Assembly: GCA_963821095.1 (NCBI GenBank)
Contig: CAWGCJ010000014.1
Location: 1,410-65,409 of the forward strand
DNA: 64,000 bases
Direction of reading: 5' to 3'
DNA from: an uncultured Acidimicrobiia bacterium
GTDB lineage: Bacteria > Actinomycetota > Acidimicrobiia > Spongiisociales > UBA5794
Position 1 is the first letter of the stretch. Each line of letters opens with the position of its first letter. Under the pieces are notes generated by a model. That model was not told the origin of the DNA and did not search any database. It worked only from the letters and a program-made list of their open reading frames with translations. The translations under genes were made by a program, and so were the position numbers. This document shows, one piece after another, positions 63,133 through 64,000 of the stretch.

Positions 63133-63936
63133 TCAGACCGCAACGTCGCGGCGCACGAACCCCCACAGGGCAATGCCGACGAAGGCCGCGATGAATGCGA
63201 CCAGCCACAGCATCATCGGGTCGAAGCCGTTGGCGAGGGGATTCGGCTCGAGGTACCAGTAGAACGGCGACAGCTTCCCGAGCGGCTCGAGTGCGTCGAC
63301 CAGGGGTGCCAGGCCGTAGAGGAAGAATGCGGCGACCGCGATCCCCGCGCTCAGGCCGATGGCGAGGCCACGCCGGCCGTTGAGCGCGCCGAGAGCAAGG
63401 GCGAGCGCACCAAAGAGCAGCCCAAGCAGTCCGGCGGCGACATTGACGGCAAGCATTCCTTCGAAGGACAGCTGCAGGTCGAGCAACGGGTTGGAGATCA
63501 GCAACAGCACGAACACCACGCCGACGACCAGCGAAACGATGGTCACCATGGCGGCGAACTTCTGCAGGACAACGTCGCGGCGCCGCACCGGCTGGGCCAA
63601 GAGAAGATCCATCGTCCTGCGGTCCTCCTCGCCGGCGATGGCGGTCGTACCCATCCCGATCGCCAAGATGAACAGCAAGATGGGGAGGGTGTTGCCGTAG
63701 ATCTGGCTGTTGATGTACCCAACCGGCGAAAACAGGTCCGAGATCGAGTCGAGGCCGAGGAAGCCGGCCATCTCCTCCGGATACCCTTCGAGCAGTGTCT
63801 CGTATGCCTCTTCTTGCGACTCGATCAGCGGATAAAAGGCAACGGTCATCACGGTGAGCGCGGCGACACCGATCAGCCACCACATGGTCGACACCTTGCG
63901 GTCCCACAGGGCCTTTCCGTAGATGCTACGAAGCAT
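63133..63936 (-). CDS. ABC-2 type transporter permease
   Basis: Six hydrophobic helices. The ATG at 63936 overlaps the upstream ATPase stop by 11 nt. Confidence 0.75.
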   Translation of the reverse strand: MLRSIYGKALWDRKVSTMWWLIGVAALTVMTVAFYPLIESQEEAYETLLEGYPEEMAGFLGLDSISDLFSPVGYINSQIYGNTLPILLFILAIGMGTTAIAGEEDRRTMDLLLAQPVRRRDVVLQKFAAMVTIVSLVVGVVFVLLLISNPLLDLQLSFEGMLAVNVAAGLLGLLFGALALALGALNGRRGLAIGLSAGIAVAAFFLYGLAPLVDALEPLGKLSPFYWYLEPNPLANGFDPMMLWLVAFIAAFVGIALWGFVRRDVAV

Positions 63937-64000
63937 GACTCGGCCCGTCTTCGTGGTAGTAGGTAAGGAAGGCTTGTTCGAGGTCACCCTCGTGGGTGAT
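63926..64000 (-). CDS. C-terminal end of an ABC transporter ATP-binding protein (rest outside the window)
   Basis: The frame is open from the window edge: ITHEGDLEQAFLTYYHEDGPSHAS*, ending in a typical LE..F tail. It is coupled to the ABC-2 permease. Confidence 0.5.
   Translation of the reverse strand: MTHEGDLEQAFLTYYHEDGPSHAS

Overview
High-GC actinobacterial chromosomal segment. Gene content, Thr-rich lipoprotein linkers and frequent GTG/TTG starts suggest an Acidimicrobiia-like member of Actinomycetota, but the taxon is inference. It is mostly core, densely packed housekeeping DNA on both strands. I call about 70 genes, all by reading the supplied translations and DNA; no searches were run.

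Recognisable blocks:
- Arginine biosynthesis cluster argC-argJ-argB-argR-argG-argH (5.4-11.6 kb). Its genes are translationally coupled, and argD and argF are absent from the cluster.
- MarR/YceI/VOC/CrtI-like oxidoreductase group (11.9-15.3 kb).
- One IS3-family insertion sequence (about 15.5-17.0 kb), the only mobile element seen.
- Hemolysin-III, AtuA-like, UppS-like and GH18-like lipoprotein genes (17.5-22.6 kb).
- pyrE, nfo and a 1160-aa zinc-ribbon/adenylate-cyclase/STAND-ATPase/TPR protein (23.6-29.1 kb).
- padR-ino1 operon and a VanW gene (29.8-33.3 kb).
- panB, then the canonical rpsF-ssb-rpsR-rplI-dnaB block (35.1-40.1 kb).
- An ABC cluster (40.4-47.6 kb): an EamA gene, an orphan OppD-like ATPase, a roughly 1180-aa double-FtsX permease and two different LolD/MacB-type ATPases.
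- dcd, an LLM oxidoreductase, eda and tRNA-Gly(CCC) (47.6-50.9 kb).
- TlpA-like, PhzF, DinB-family and HisA-like genes and an ADH (52.2-56.3 kb).
- A frameshifted B12-binding radical SAM gene coupled to a membrane protein (57.2-59.1 kb).
- DNA polymerase IV, a YjeF_N epimerase, an FG-GAP lipoprotein and the start of an ABC-2 exporter (59.7-64.0 kb).

No rRNA, CRISPR array, prophage or recognisable defence system was seen. The most unusual items are:
- the three-ATPase ABC cluster, including an AbrB-like tail on one ATPase;
- the broken class-B radical SAM locus with a small low-GC ORF upstream;
- a HisA paralogue in which the catalytic Asp is Asn;
- several clean regulatory palindromes.

None of these is proven to be a novel system from sequence alone.
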